Of a DNA stretch of 64,000 nt, positions 63,211 through 64,000 are shown piece by piece; the stretch's first letter is position 1, and every line of letters begins with the position of its first letter. Location of the stretch: positions 68,078,001-68,142,000 of the forward strand of contig CM059432.1 in assembly GCA_030390025.1 (NCBI GenBank). The letters run 5' to 3'. Under the pieces are notes generated by a model. That model was not told the origin of the DNA. It searched no databases and saw nothing but the letters and a program-made list of their open reading frames with translations. Made by a program: the position numbers and the translations under genes. The stretch is from Squalus acanthias. Its lineage: Eukaryota.

Positions 63211-64000
63211 TCTTTTTTTTTTAAATTAGTTCATGGGATGAGAGAGTTGCTGGCAAGGCCAGCATTTATTGCCCATCCCTAATTGCCCTTGAGAAGGTGG
63301 TGGTGAACTGCCTTCTTGAACCTCTGCAGTCCGTGTGGTGAAGATACTCACACAGTGCTGTTAGGGAGGGAGTTCCAGGATTTTGACCCAGAGACGATGA
63401 AGGAATGGTGATATACTTCTAAGTCAGGATGGTGTGCGACTTGGAGGGGAACTTGGAGGCTGTGGTGTTCCCATGCGCCTGCTGCCCTTGTCCTTCTAGG
63501 TGGAAGAGGTCGCGGGTTTCGGAGGTACTGCCAAAGAAGCCTTGGTGAGTTGCTGCAGTGCATCTTGTAGATGATACACAATGCAGCCACGGTATGCCGC
63601 TGGTGGAGGGAGTGAATGTTTAAGGTGGTGGATGGGGTGCCAATCAAGCGGGCTGCTTTGTCCTGGATGGTGTTGAGCTTCTTGAGTGTTGTTGGAGCTG
63701 CACTCATCCAGGCAAGTGGAGAGCATTCTATCACATTCCTTACTTGTGCTTTGTAGATGGTGGAAAGGCTTTGGAGAGTCAGGAGGTGAGACACTCACCG
63801 TAGAATACCTAGCCTCAGACCTGCTCTTGTTGCCACAGTATGTGGCTGGTCCAGTTAAGTTTCTGGTCAATGGTGACCCCTAGGATGTTGATGGTGAGGG
63901 ATTCGGCGATGGTAATGCCATTGAATATCAAGGGGCGATGGTTAGACTCTCACTTGTTGGAGATAGTCATTGTCTGGCGCGAATGTTACCTGCCACTTCT
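63211..64000 (-). mobile_element. Jockey-group non-LTR retrotransposon 3' end with poly(A) tail
   Basis: STIYKAQVRNVIECSPLAW..KLNTIQDKAARLI; AATAAA and A-tail at ~63213-63222. Confidence 0.8.

Overview
Vertebrate, most likely cartilaginous-fish (shark/ray-like), repeat-dense genomic DNA with no confidently identifiable host gene; host assignment is inferred from the repeat families. The first 20 kb is a nested stack around a 24-bp minisatellite. It contains the 3' end of an LTR retroelement with a fusion-protein(F)-like env and 3' LTR, and a convergent, internally deleted foamy-virus-like provirus. Three CR1 LINEs are nested inside these; one is essentially full length with a twin-priming-type 5' inversion. 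Both CR1s that retain the ORF1/ORF2 junction have a UUUAAAC slippery heptamer at the ORF1 stop and an AUG-less ORF2 in the -1 frame. The remaining 44 kb holds PIF/Harbinger elements (one near-complete two-gene copy plus many remnants and MITEs), a hAT MITE, CR1/L2 fragments, Penelope-like fragments with hammerhead-ribozyme cores and DeuSINE-like SINEs. It also holds a solo LTR, a TSD-flanked tRNA-Lys/Tx1-LINE chimera and a perfect 32-bp-arm hairpin. All similarity calls are from recalled motifs and manual translation, not database searches; coordinates of decayed elements are approximate.
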